This document shows, piece by piece, positions 1 to 9,231 of a DNA stretch of 64,000 nucleotides (positions are counted from its first letter, which is position 1; every line of letters begins with the position of its first letter). Source of the stretch: an uncultured Dehalococcoidia bacterium. GTDB lineage: Bacteria > Chloroflexota > Dehalococcoidia > DSTF01 > JACRBR01. Under the pieces are notes generated by a model. It was not told where the DNA came from. It did not search any database and saw nothing but the letters and a program-made list of their open reading frames with translations. The stretch spans positions 75,509-139,508 of the forward strand of contig CAZAPT010000003.1 in assembly GCA_964487335.1 (NCBI GenBank). Direction: 5' to 3'. The translations under genes were made by a program, and so were the position numbers.

Positions 1-1
1 T

Positions 2-1303
2 AACGTTACCGCTACGGCGCTGGACTTCCCTGGCAGCTCTGAGTTCTCGGCGCCGTTCGCCAGCACCTGCTGGGGCACCTGCATGTCCGGGCTCCACGAG
101 GGCGTCTACAACAGCGCTGCTTCGCAATTTAACAACTGCACGGCGTCCGTCACGCAGGTCGGCGATGGCCAGTTAGCTGCTTCCATCACCGGTACCATCG
201 ACTGCACGACCGCACACGGCGGCACGCTCAGCGGGAGCATCAACCAGGCGACCAAAGTCATCAACCTGACGCTCTCGTTTACGTCACCCGTGTCGACCAG
301 CTCGGTGACGGGCACCATGTCGAACGACGGCTCGACCGGCAGCGGCACGTGGCAATGCCTGACCCCATCTCCCTGCGGGCCTTACACATGGTCCAGCGGG
401 CGAGTTGCGGCGTCCGCGAGCGCGATGATCTACCACGCCTCAGGTGGCCGCGTGACAACGGACCTCGGCGACTACCTTGACGTACCGCCGCTGTCCGTCG
501 CTGTTGACACAGCCGTTTCGATTGAAACGATTCCGCTCCACGTCCCGGCCGGCACACCGGCGCCTCCGTGCGTGCTGTCCCGCGCGTTCAGGGGTCAACC
601 GGACGGTACGCAGTTCAACCCCCCGGCAACGTTCGTGGTGCACTATGACCCCACGACCGATCTGCCAACCGGCTGCAGTGCCGCAACGCTGCAGATCATG
701 GTCTACAACTCGGCGTTCGGCCGCTGGATGTTTGTGTCCAGCACGCCCGGCCCGGACCCGAACAGCATTCAGTTCTCAGTCCCGCACTTCACCGACTACG
801 CCGTCTTCGACTGCGGCACCACGGACAACGATGGTCCCGGCGGATTCCAGTGGATCCACGACGGCGTCGGGCCCGAAGGTTCCGTCGACACAGGCCCCGA
901 CGCCTGCGACGCGAACGACGACAACGCGGGCTGCTCGGACGTAACCGAGCTCGGCCCGAGCCACACCCTCGGCGGCCAGCGCGACCCGTTGAACCCGTGG
1001 GACTTCGCCGACATGTGGACGCCGTCGCTGCCCGCTGCCGGCGGGCGCAGCGGGGCGATTACGATCGCCGACGTGATTGCCGTCCTGCCGTGGATTGGCA
1101 CTAGCAAGATCGGCCCGCCGAACTCCAGCGGCCGCAACTACACCGACGACGCGAATGCGAACGGTGTTTGGGATGGCGTGGAGTACGACCGCACCCCGAG
1201 CACGACGCCTGGCCAGCCCTGGCGCCTGAACGGCCCGAACGACGCCGTCTCGATCGCGGACGCCATCGCCGTCCTCGGTTCAATCGGCGATAAGTGCAGC
1301 TGA
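2..1303 (+). CDS. secreted protein, 5' end truncated by window edge; C-terminal ~100-aa dockerin/EF-hand-like module
   Basis: Reading frame is open back to position 2 with no upstream stop, so the listed ATG at 83 is probably internal. C-terminus (991..1300) has two 'AI[TS]IADxIAVL..IG' helices flanking a DANANGVWDGVE loop (DxNxNGxxDGxE). The same module ends the 2643..6110 product. Confidence 0.7.
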   Translation, partial: NVTATALDFPGSSEFSAPFASTCWGTCMSGLHEGVYNSAASQFNNCTASVTQVGDGQLAASITGTIDCTTAHGGTLSGSINQATKVINLTLSFTSPVSTSSVTGTMSNDGSTGSGTWQCLTPSPCGPYTWSSGRVAASASAMIYHASGGRVTTDLGDYLDVPPLSVAVDTAVSIETIPLHVPAGTPAPPCVLSRAFRGQPDGTQFNPPATFVVHYDPTTDLPTGCSAATLQIMVYNSAFGRWMFVSSTPGPDPNSIQFSVPHFTDYAVFDCGTTDNDGPGGFQWIHDGVGPEGSVDTGPDACDANDDNAGCSDVTELGPSHTLGGQRDPLNPWDFADMWTPSLPAAGGRSGAITIADVIAVLPWIGTSKIGPPNSSGRNYTDDANANGVWDGVEYDRTPSTTPGQPWRLNGPNDAVSIADAIAVLGSIGDKCS

Positions 1304-1490
1304 ACTGAACCTTCGCTCCTGAAGAGAAGGGGAGGAGCCGGAATGGCTGCTCCCCTCCGTCCATAGCCGATCAAAAACGTCGCCTGGGTGTGACCGCGTT
1401 CACAGCGCGGACGACCGCGCCTCGCGTACGTTGGCGTTACGGACGGTTGCGCGGGTGGCCGGGACCCCAACAACCGGACCCTCCTGAACT

Positions 1491-1529
1491 GCGCAGCGGG
1501 GAGGAACATCACGATCCTCCCCGCTGCGC
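1491..1529. terminator. perfect 14-bp-stem hairpin (GCGCAGCGGGGAGG / CCTCCCCGCTGCGC) between convergent genes
   Basis: Inverted repeat read directly; 11-nt loop; followed by tgtcttcgtcg; lies 27 nt beyond the stop of the minus-strand gene ending at 1556. Confidence 0.5.
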
Positions 1530-1555
1530 TGTCTTCGTCGACTGATCCGCCGGCG

Positions 1556-2557
1556 CTACGCCCCCGCGATCCCACCCATCATCTCATCCAGCAGGACGAT
1601 GAACTCGCATGTCACTTCGATGCGGATCGCGTCATTCACGTACCCCCCCGTGTTGTCCCATCCGCCGCTGTCCGACTGCTGCGCGATCAGCGCCTCGCCG
1701 ACGCGCTCCGCCAGCTGCAGGTACTTCTCGTCGCCGCTTACCCCGTAGATCAGCGCCGAGCCCCAGCCCACCTTGCCGACCTGCGCCGTCTCGTACATCT
1801 CGTCCAGCACGTTGAACCCGATCGACAGGTACTTCTTCCCCAGCTCCACCCACTCGCGGTCGCCCGTCGCCATCGCCAGCCGCGCCAGGAACGCCGCCGC
1901 GATGCCCATGTTGAAGTACATCTGCCGCCGCTCGTCCACCCGGATCGAGAACAGCCGCTGCCGCTCCGACGGGAAGTCCGTCCGCAGCCCCGCCCCCGGC
2001 TTGTACGAGAAGAACAGCTCCCGCTCCGGGTCCGGCTGCGCGTCCCACACCGTCCGCAGGAACCGCGCGACGTTCTTCGCCTCGCGCAGGTGTCCCGTGA
2101 ACAGGCACGCGTTCCCCGCCTGCGAGCTGTTCAGCAAATCCTGCGCCGACTCCTCGTCGTCGCGACGCGTCCGGAAGCCGCCGTCCTCCGCGTGCTGCAA
2201 CAGCAGCAGGAACTCCATCCCCCGCCGCGTGATGTCGAATCGCCCGAGCTTCTGCGCTCCGCAGATCATCCATGCGTTCGGATACGCGTAGCTGTACTTG
2301 TGCCCGTCGCCTCGCAGCGGCCCCGAGAAGTCGCCGTCGTCGTCGAGCACGTTCTTCGCGACCCACGTCGCGAGCCGGTTCCCGGCCTCCGCCTGCCCGG
2401 CCGCCGCCAGCGCCCATAACGCCTTGTAGTACGGCCCGAGTCCGTCCGCTTCCGGATTGCCGATCGCCCCGTCCGCGCGCTGCTGCTCCAGTACGAAGTC
2501 GATCCCGCGGTCCCGCGACTCCCTCAGCCACTGGACGATGTCCGTCGTCGCCACCAT
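1556..2557 (-). CDS. prenyltransferase/squalene-oxidase-repeat (alpha/alpha-toroid, terpene-cyclase-like) protein
   Basis: Repeated QxxDGG[FW] motifs (QQRADGAIG, QHAEDGGFR, QQSDSGGWDN). ATG at 2557 chosen because the longest ORF starts with TTG. No signal peptide. Confidence 0.45.
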   Translation of the reverse strand: MVATTDIVQWLRESRDRGIDFVLEQQRADGAIGNPEADGLGPYYKALWALAAAGQAEAGNRLATWVAKNVLDDDGDFSGPLRGDGHKYSYAYPNAWMICGAQKLGRFDITRRGMEFLLLLQHAEDGGFRTRRDDEESAQDLLNSSQAGNACLFTGHLREAKNVARFLRTVWDAQPDPERELFFSYKPGAGLRTDFPSERQRLFSIRVDERRQMYFNMGIAAAFLARLAMATGDREWVELGKKYLSIGFNVLDEMYETAQVGKVGWGSALIYGVSGDEKYLQLAERVGEALIAQQSDSGGWDNTGGYVNDAIRIEVTCEFIVLLDEMMGGIAGA

Positions 2558-2642
2558 GTGTGACCTCGATTCAGCTAGCGGACGCAACAAGCGCGCCCGA
2601 AGCCAGTCTAGATCGCCGCGAAGCCGCCCGTGCAGGCCGCCG

Positions 2643-5600
2643 CTAGTTGCACGAGTCGCCGATCGAGCTGAGGCTCACCAGCGCATCGGCGATTGTCACC
2701 GCCCCGCTCGGCGCGCCCGTCCGCCACGGCTTCGACATATCCGCGCTCGGCGACCGGTCGTACTCGTACCCGTCGTTGATGCCGTTACCGTTCAGGTCGG
2801 TGCCATACTTCGCGCCGTTCGTGTTCGCCGTGTTCGGCGACGACGCCGTCGTCCCGATGTACGCCAGCACGGCGATCGTGTCCTGGATGCTGATGGCATG
2901 GTTGCGCGTCCCCGTCATCAGCGAAGGCACCAGTGCCGGCGACGGCACGTCGAAGAAGTCCCAGAAGTTCGATGGGCTGCGGTCGCCGCCCGTCACGTGG
3001 TTCGCACCCATCTCGCGCGCGTCCGGGCATCCGTCCGCATCCGCATCCGGCGGCCCGTTCGTCGTGATCGTCGCCGCGCTGCAGCTCGTCGCGACGCCCA
3101 CCGTCGGGTTGCAGCTCGCGATCTCTTGCGTCGCGCCATGGTTGAAGATGTTCACGTTCGCGAGGCTCAGGATCGATCCGCCCGAAGCTCCCGCCACCGT
3201 GAACATCACCGATGCGATCCGCGTCGCGGTCGGCGCGTCCGGCCCGTTCGTCGGCCCGCTGCTCGTGCAGGAGATCCGCGCTGCTCGCTGCGCCCCGACC
3301 ACGATCGCCCCCACCGGATCCGGCGGCGTGCATGTGAACGTCCGCCCCGTGCTTTCGAGATACGCCTGGTCGGCGTTCGGGTTGCGGTCGCGGCTGTCCC
3401 CGCCGAGCACCGTCGGCGATGTCAGCACGTTCGGGTCATACCGAAGGTCGAAGTTGAACGTCCCGATGTCCGTCACGTTCGAAGCGACCACGTCCACCGT
3501 AAATGTCCCGCTCGACACCGTGCGCGTGCCCTGCACGCCCGCCGTCTGCGGGTCCATGTCGATCTGCACCGCCGCGTTCGATGCGGCCGGCCCCTGCGTC
3601 AGCATGTTGTTGATCTCGACGAACCGCCCCGTCGGGTTCAGGTGATAGTTCCACAGGTGTACCAGCCACCCTGCCCGCGCCGACCACCAGCTCTGCGACC
3701 GCGAGAGGCACGTCTGTTGATCCACGCCCTCCTGCACGGCGCCACCGTTGTTCCAGATGCACAGGTTGTCGTGGTAATGCCACGCGTCGTCGTTCCCAGC
3801 GAAGCCGTCTGGCGGAATCTGCGTCAGCTGGTACGGCACGATGAACATCGCGCCACCCAGCCGCCACCCGCCCGGCGAAGATGCATCCGGCTCGTAGAGC
3901 AGACTCTCGGGGTCCGACGGATCGAAGACACCATCGATCTGCGCGAGGCCCGCGACCCCGCCCTTCACCATGTGCCGGCCCTGCCCGGTGACATACGGCG
4001 TGATCTGCTGGAACCCCGCCGCGTACGCGTTGTTGATGTTCTGGTACGGCTCCATCGCCACCGTCGCCGCGCGGATCTGCCGGTCCACCAGCGGACAGCT
4101 CGCAGTGATGTCATCCAGGGTTCCTTGCACATCGGCGGAGTTGATCACCCGGTCGGAGTTCCAATCGCGCAGCCGCGAGTAGCCCGCGTCGCCGTAGCGT
4201 TTCCCGTAGTCGTTCGCGACGAGCATCACGTCCGCCATGCTCACCGCGCCGTCGCCGTCCACGTCGAAGCAGTAGTACGGGTCGGGATTCAGCGGCGTAG
4301 CCGTCACCGTGATGCGCACGTCGTCGCTCGCCGTGAAACCGTCGTTGTCTGTCACCGTCAGCGTCACGACGTGCGTCCCGAGCGTGAACTGAAGCGAGTC
4401 CACCGGATTCGTCGAGAGCGTCACGCCGTTCTCCGTCCACAGGTAGCTCACGATGAACCCGTCCGCGTCCGAGGATCCGCGCCCGTCGATCGTCACGTGC
4501 GCATGGTCGATGTGCGCGATCGGCGTGATTACGTCCGGCCCGGCATTCGCCACCGGAGGAATCGTCCCGCCACCCGATGCGTAGTTGTAAGCATTCGCCA
4601 GTGTCGCCGTGCCGATGCTGTTCGTCACGGTGACGCTCTTCAGACCCGTGGCGCTCGCACCGGTCGTCCCGGTAATCGTCGTTGAGTTCTGCACCACGAC
4701 GTTCGTCAGCGCCACCCCGCCGATGTCCGCCGTCGTATCCGCCGACGTCGTGAAGTTCGTCCCCGTGATCGTCACGTTCTGCCCGCCGGCTGCTGGACCG
4801 CCCGCCGGGTTGATTCCCGTGACGGTGATCGAGCTCACCGCCGTCTCGTCCGGCTTGAAGAACGTGATCTTGTTGCCGCCGTACTCCGCGACGTAGATCG
4901 TCCCGTCGCTCCCGACGGCCACGTCGAGCGCATTCACAAGCCCCGTCGCCAGCGTCGTGTCTGACACCACCGACAGTCCATCTGCCGAAAGCTTCACCCG
5001 ATGCAGCTGGCTGTCCACCCAGGCCGCGTACAGCAGGTCGCCCTGCATCTGCCCGCCGAACTTGTTCGACGTGTACTCCACGATCCCGTCGGATGACGCC
5101 GGGATGTTCGCTTCGATCGGCTGCGTGTAACCCGCCCCCGGCGCGTCCGTGCCCAGGTGGAACACGCACTGCCGCGGATCCGTCCGCCCTCGGTTCCGGT
5201 TCGGATGCCCGTAGTAGTTCCCCGGCTGGATCAGGTTCAGCTCGTCGTTCCCCGCGGCGTCCGTCGGATACGCCGTCGTGCACGACGCCGATCCCGGCCC
5301 GTACGTGAGGTTCGGCCCGTTGTCCGTGCCGTACAGCTTGCCGTTGCTGTGCCACAGCAGGTCGTATGGATTCCGAAAGCCCGGCGCGTACACGCTCACG
5401 TCGCCGCCCGTCTGGTCCACCGTCGGGCTGTACGTGTTCGGCGGGTTGTAAGTGACGTTGCCGTTGAACCCGGGCGCCTTGATGTCCGCGACGAGGATGG
5501 CGCCCGAAAGCGGCACCTCCTCGCGCTGGAACAGCCCTGGGTTTGGGTTCACGACCCCCGCGTTCGTCGTGCTCCCCTGCGCGATGTACAGCTTCCCGTC

Positions 5601-6110
5601 CGGCCCGAACGTCAGACCGTTCGTCTCGTGCCCGGAGTTCGACACCGGCAGTCCCGTGATCATGTCCGTCTTCGTCGCATACCCGGGTCCGCTGATTTTC
5701 GTGATCTTCCCCGAGAACGCGCCCGCCGGCGCCTGTCCGGCGTCGCCGAAGCCCGAGATCGTGTTGCTGATGTAGATCGGCGGCGGCGACGACGCGTCCG
5801 TCGGGTCGAACGCGATTCCGAAGATCTCCTGGATCTCGGTGTTCGTCGTGATCTGCTGGACCGCCGTCACGGCCTCCTTCGTGTTCGGATCGAGCGTCAG
5901 CGCCTGTAAGGCGCCGTTCGTATCCGCGACGTACAGCCGCCCATCCGGCCCCACGGCGACCGCGCTCGGATTCGTCGTCGCGAAGCCCGCCCCGGCGACC
6001 GTCCCGCGCGTGAAGTTGATGGGCTGGACGGCGCTCGCTGTGCCTGCATTTGGGAGCATCGCGGCGAACGCGGCAACGGCGGCGGTCGCCATAGCGAGAA
6101 TCCGGAGCAC
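2643..6110 (-). CDS. large secreted multidomain protein: signal peptide, SGL/NHL-like beta-propeller, IPT/TIG, PKD, dockerin, His/Trp-rich domain, cohesin-like domain, C-terminal dockerin/EF-hand-like module
   Basis: Signal peptide (…AFAAMLPNAGTASA). Propeller-type repeats (GPDGRLYV/GPDGKLYIA/NGKLYGTDNG). TIG-like segment (NVTITGTNFT…). PKD-like segment (VTLTVTDNDG). Canonical dockerin repeats DVDGDGAVSMADVMLV and DWNSDRVINSADV (~4105..4290). Cohesin-like segment FTVDVVASNVTDIGTFNFDLRYDPNVL (~3000..3530). C-terminal module 2646..2972 shared with 2..1303. GTG start. Confidence 0.85.
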   Translation of the reverse strand: MLRILAMATAAVAAFAAMLPNAGTASAVQPINFTRGTVAGAGFATTNPSAVAVGPDGRLYVADTNGALQALTLDPNTKEAVTAVQQITTNTEIQEIFGIAFDPTDASSPPPIYISNTISGFGDAGQAPAGAFSGKITKISGPGYATKTDMITGLPVSNSGHETNGLTFGPDGKLYIAQGSTTNAGVVNPNPGLFQREEVPLSGAILVADIKAPGFNGNVTYNPPNTYSPTVDQTGGDVSVYAPGFRNPYDLLWHSNGKLYGTDNGPNLTYGPGSASCTTAYPTDAAGNDELNLIQPGNYYGHPNRNRGRTDPRQCVFHLGTDAPGAGYTQPIEANIPASSDGIVEYTSNKFGGQMQGDLLYAAWVDSQLHRVKLSADGLSVVSDTTLATGLVNALDVAVGSDGTIYVAEYGGNKITFFKPDETAVSSITVTGINPAGGPAAGGQNVTITGTNFTTSADTTADIGGVALTNVVVQNSTTITGTTGASATGLKSVTVTNSIGTATLANAYNYASGGGTIPPVANAGPDVITPIAHIDHAHVTIDGRGSSDADGFIVSYLWTENGVTLSTNPVDSLQFTLGTHVVTLTVTDNDGFTASDDVRITVTATPLNPDPYYCFDVDGDGAVSMADVMLVANDYGKRYGDAGYSRLRDWNSDRVINSADVQGTLDDITASCPLVDRQIRAATVAMEPYQNINNAYAAGFQQITPYVTGQGRHMVKGGVAGLAQIDGVFDPSDPESLLYEPDASSPGGWRLGGAMFIVPYQLTQIPPDGFAGNDDAWHYHDNLCIWNNGGAVQEGVDQQTCLSRSQSWWSARAGWLVHLWNYHLNPTGRFVEINNMLTQGPAASNAAVQIDMDPQTAGVQGTRTVSSGTFTVDVVASNVTDIGTFNFDLRYDPNVLTSPTVLGGDSRDRNPNADQAYLESTGRTFTCTPPDPVGAIVVGAQRAARISCTSSGPTNGPDAPTATRIASVMFTVAGASGGSILSLANVNIFNHGATQEIASCNPTVGVATSCSAATITTNGPPDADADGCPDAREMGANHVTGGDRSPSNFWDFFDVPSPALVPSLMTGTRNHAISIQDTIAVLAYIGTTASSPNTANTNGAKYGTDLNGNGINDGYEYDRSPSADMSKPWRTGAPSGAVTIADALVSLSSIGDSCN

Positions 6111-6334
6111 GAGCGCCTCCTCCCGGCTGCGGGCGGGTTATGGGGGCTCCGCCATAGCATTGGAGGCGTCACACTCGCCAAGCATCGCGGGCTCGGGATT
6201 CGCGGCGCGCCCTCGACTCGCTGAGAACGAAAAAATTGTTGCGGAAGGGGCGTCCAGAGCGCGCCGCCCCGTCGTATAGTAGGCGCTGGATTCACCGGCC
6301 CGGATGGCCGCATCCCCGCAACTGGAGCCCTACG

Positions 6335-7258
6335 ATGCGTTACGTCATCTCGCTGCTCGCCGCAGTCGGCATTGCCACTCTCGCGCTCGTCTCAGCCGGA
6401 TCGCCCACCGCTCTCGCGGCCTTCCACTGCATGCGCGTCCATGCGGTGATGGCCGGCTACAACGGCAACAACAACATCCAGTATGTCGAGCTGCGGATGG
6501 ACACCGGCGGCCAGAGCTTCGTCGGCGGCCACGACATTAAGTTCTACTCCGGGGATCCGTCGGTCCCCGCAAACCTCAAGGCCACCTTCACCTTTCCGGC
6601 CAATGTCATGGGCAACGCGGGCACCGGAGACTCGATCCTCATCGCCACCGCGGAGTTCAACAGCACCGTGATGGGAGGAACTGCCGACTTCGTATTCAAG
6701 GCTGCGCCCGATCCGCAAGCGAACACTGTCGGCTCGAATGGCGGTGATCCCCTCCACCCGATTCAGAGCCCGAACGGCCTCGTGTATTTCGCGTCGGGCA
6801 ACGACAACTGCGACCCCGATTTCGTCGCTAGCCCTGGCGAGGTCGACTCCGTCGGGTACGGCACGACCCCCGCATTCTTCGGTGCCTCCGCACACGCGCT
6901 CCCAAGCCCTAACACCAACGGCGTGCTGCGCCTCAACAACATCAACACGACTCCCGCGAACAACAGCACCGAGTACGGCATCAACACCGTGTCCCCCACG
7001 ACGTTCAGCGTGGCTCCCGCGAATATCACCACCGACCTGACTACTCCGCGAAACAACGCGCGCACCGTCCTGGCCTTCCCGACGGCAGGCGGCCCCGTCG
7101 GCGGCATCTCGCAGGATCCACAGCTCGCACCTCCCGCCGACGCCACGTCATCGGGGGGCGGCAGCTCACGATGGTGGATCTACGCGTTGAGCGCCGCAGC
7201 CGCCGCCTTCGCGGCCGCATCTGTCGGCGCCTGGCGCCTCCGCGCGAAGCGCCGGTAG
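6335..7258 (+). CDS. secreted hypothetical protein with GlyGly-CTERM-like C-terminal anchor (GGG + hydrophobic helix + RLRAKRR)
   Basis: ATG at 6335 followed by a signal peptide (MRYVISLLAAVGIATLALVSAGSPTALA). C-terminus reads SSGGGSSRWWIYALSAAAAAFAAASVGAWRLRAKRR. Confidence 0.65.
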   Translation: MRYVISLLAAVGIATLALVSAGSPTALAAFHCMRVHAVMAGYNGNNNIQYVELRMDTGGQSFVGGHDIKFYSGDPSVPANLKATFTFPANVMGNAGTGDSILIATAEFNSTVMGGTADFVFKAAPDPQANTVGSNGGDPLHPIQSPNGLVYFASGNDNCDPDFVASPGEVDSVGYGTTPAFFGASAHALPSPNTNGVLRLNNINTTPANNSTEYGINTVSPTTFSVAPANITTDLTTPRNNARTVLAFPTAGGPVGGISQDPQLAPPADATSSGGGSSRWWIYALSAAAAAFAAASVGAWRLRAKRR

Positions 7259-7325
7259 CCGCATAGATCCGCCGTAGCTGCGGAGCGTCAGCTCCGCCTC
7301 ACGCGGCCGAAAGATCCGAAACGTA

Positions 7326-7357
7326 GGACGGGCCTTCAGGCCCGTCCTTCCTATTCC
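7326..7357 (+). terminator. rho-independent-type terminator (GGACGGGCC-TTCA-GGCCCGTCC + T-rich tail)
   Basis: Perfect 9-bp stem and 4-nt loop 68 nt after the stop at 7258. A second hairpin GCGGAGC-GTCA-GCTCCGC lies at 7277..7297. Confidence 0.6.
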
Positions 7358-7459
7358 CGGCGCATCCCTCCATGCGCACGCACAAGCGCGCCTCTCTACT
7401 GATTCAGGCGGTACCATCCTGACCGTCGCCTTAGGCTGGACGCGTCTTCCGAGAATGCG

Positions 7460-8284
7460 ATGACCGAATCCTCGACACGGCCAGAGTCGGACCGCCCCCA
7501 CTACGACGTCCACCCCGGAAATAGCCCATACTGCCTCTTCGTCCACGGCTATCTCTCCAGCCGCGCCCAGTGGATCCCGAACCTCACGGCGCTCTCGAAG
7601 GTCGTCCGGCCCGTCGTCCTCGAGCTGCTCGGCCACGGCCGCTCGCCGTCACCCGAAGATCCTCGCGATTACTCGCCCGCCGCCTACATCGAGCACTTCG
7701 AGCGCATCCGCACTGAGCTCGGCGTCGAAAAGTGGCTCATCTGCGGCCACTCGCTCGGCGCCGCGCTTACCCTGCGCTACGCGCTCGACCGTCCGGATCG
7801 CGTCGTCGCCCAGGTCTTCACGAACTCCATGTCCGCGCTCGCCCCGGACGAATGGAGCGCTCGTGTGCGACCCGCGATGCAAGCGCAGGCGCGCATGTTC
7901 GAGGAGCGCGGCCGCTCCGCCATCGAAGAGCATCCGCTGAACCCGCTCCGCTCCCGCCGCCTCGCGAACGACGTCCGCCGCGCGTTCGAAGCCGATCTCC
8001 TGCTCGCCGATCCGCTCGGCCTCGCCCGCACCGGCCTCTACACGGTGCCGGACTCGCCCGTCCGCTCGCGCATCGCCGGCAACACCGTGCCCTCCCTGCT
8101 CATAGCCGGCGATCGCGAAGCCCGCTTCGCCGAGTCCCGCGAGTTCGCCGAACGCAACATGCCCCACCTGCAGGTCGTCCGTCTCGACGGCGGCCACGCC
8201 ATCAATCTCGATGCCCCAGAAGCGTTCAACAGCGCCATCGTCACGTTCTTTGCGGAGCACGCGCGTGTGGGGACGGCGCCGTGA
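7460..8284 (+). CDS. alpha/beta-fold hydrolase
   Basis: GHSLG nucleophile-elbow motif. The hydrophobic core LFVHGY falls at the expected oxyanion-hole position. Confidence 0.8.
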   Translation: MTESSTRPESDRPHYDVHPGNSPYCLFVHGYLSSRAQWIPNLTALSKVVRPVVLELLGHGRSPSPEDPRDYSPAAYIEHFERIRTELGVEKWLICGHSLGAALTLRYALDRPDRVVAQVFTNSMSALAPDEWSARVRPAMQAQARMFEERGRSAIEEHPLNPLRSRRLANDVRRAFEADLLLADPLGLARTGLYTVPDSPVRSRIAGNTVPSLLIAGDREARFAESREFAERNMPHLQVVRLDGGHAINLDAPEAFNSAIVTFFAEHARVGTAP

Positions 8285-8406
8285 TCCGGCCTGCTGAATG
8301 ACGACGTGATCGGATTGGTGACGAAAAGACGCCTCGACACGCGCGCCGCGGTCGCCTGCAGCCGACGCTTGTTCCTCGAGAGGCCCCGCTGCCAAACGCG
8401 TACGAG

Positions 8407-9204
8407 CTACGCCGTGAGCGCGTAGATAATCCCCAGCCCACCAACCGCTACCGAGAGCACCAGCGTTTGCCCCCAGCTCGGCGGCGGCGCCAGCTTGTAA
8501 ACCAGCACAACGCCGCTAATGACGACGATCCACCCGAAGCTCGACATCCCGATGATCACCATCGCCGCCATCAGCGCCGCGCTGCATCCGATACAGCTCA
8601 GGCCGTACTTCGCGCCGACGACGGCACCGCTGCGCGTCAGGTTGAAGGGCAGCGGTCCGTGGAGCGCGCACGCTTCCCGGCAGCTTGCCTCACTCGCCCG
8701 CTTGATCGGCGTCAGTCCGTACACGCCCGCCAGTGCCAGCGCCGCTCCGCCGACCACACTCTTCTCGAGCCACGACATTGGCACCGGCGTGAGCAGCAAA
8801 TAACAGATCAGCCCGAACGCCAGCCACATCGCAAGATAGGTGAGCCCCAGCACCGCCGTCGCAGATCGCCACCCCCTCCGTCGCTCGGAGCTCTCGACGA
8901 ATGCGAACACAAGCGGCGTCGCGGACGGCAACATCATCGCCGTCATCATCACCACCCAGTCCGTCGAGAACGTCTTGATCGAGCCAAGCCCGCGGCGGCC
9001 CATCGTCATGGTCATGTCCGCGCTCGAGTGCGTCCGTCCCAGCATCTGCGCCCACGCCACTCCGGCGACGATCACGAAGGCCAGCACCGCCAGCGCCGGA
9101 GGAGCTAATTCGATGGGCTCGCGTCGCTGACCCGGGACAGCGGCGATCCACAGGCCGGCACGCAGGACAGAACCCGCGCCGCCTGGCTGGTCTGACAAGG
9201 CCAC
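8407..9204 (-). CDS. integral membrane protein (DUF2182-like, putative metal-binding)
   Basis: Multiple transmembrane helices with conserved Cys/His-containing loops. GTG start; family assignment is from memory. Confidence 0.55.
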   Translation of the reverse strand: MALSDQPGGAGSVLRAGLWIAAVPGQRREPIELAPPALAVLAFVIVAGVAWAQMLGRTHSSADMTMTMGRRGLGSIKTFSTDWVVMMTAMMLPSATPLVFAFVESSERRRGWRSATAVLGLTYLAMWLAFGLICYLLLTPVPMSWLEKSVVGGAALALAGVYGLTPIKRASEASCREACALHGPLPFNLTRSGAVVGAKYGLSCIGCSAALMAAMVIIGMSSFGWIVVISGVVLVYKLAPPPSWGQTLVLSVAVGGLGIIYALTA

Positions 9205-9231
9205 CCGCAGTCCTCGCCTGACCGAGCGCCA

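Noticed and set aside
1632-5355. Long Arg/Ala/Gly-rich ORFs in alternative frames (e.g. 1632..2531-, 2457..4685+, 4111..5355-)
   Set aside because: They overlap the motif-supported genes 1556..2557 and 2643..6110 and have extreme Arg/Ala/Pro composition, as expected of shadow ORFs in ~68% GC DNA.
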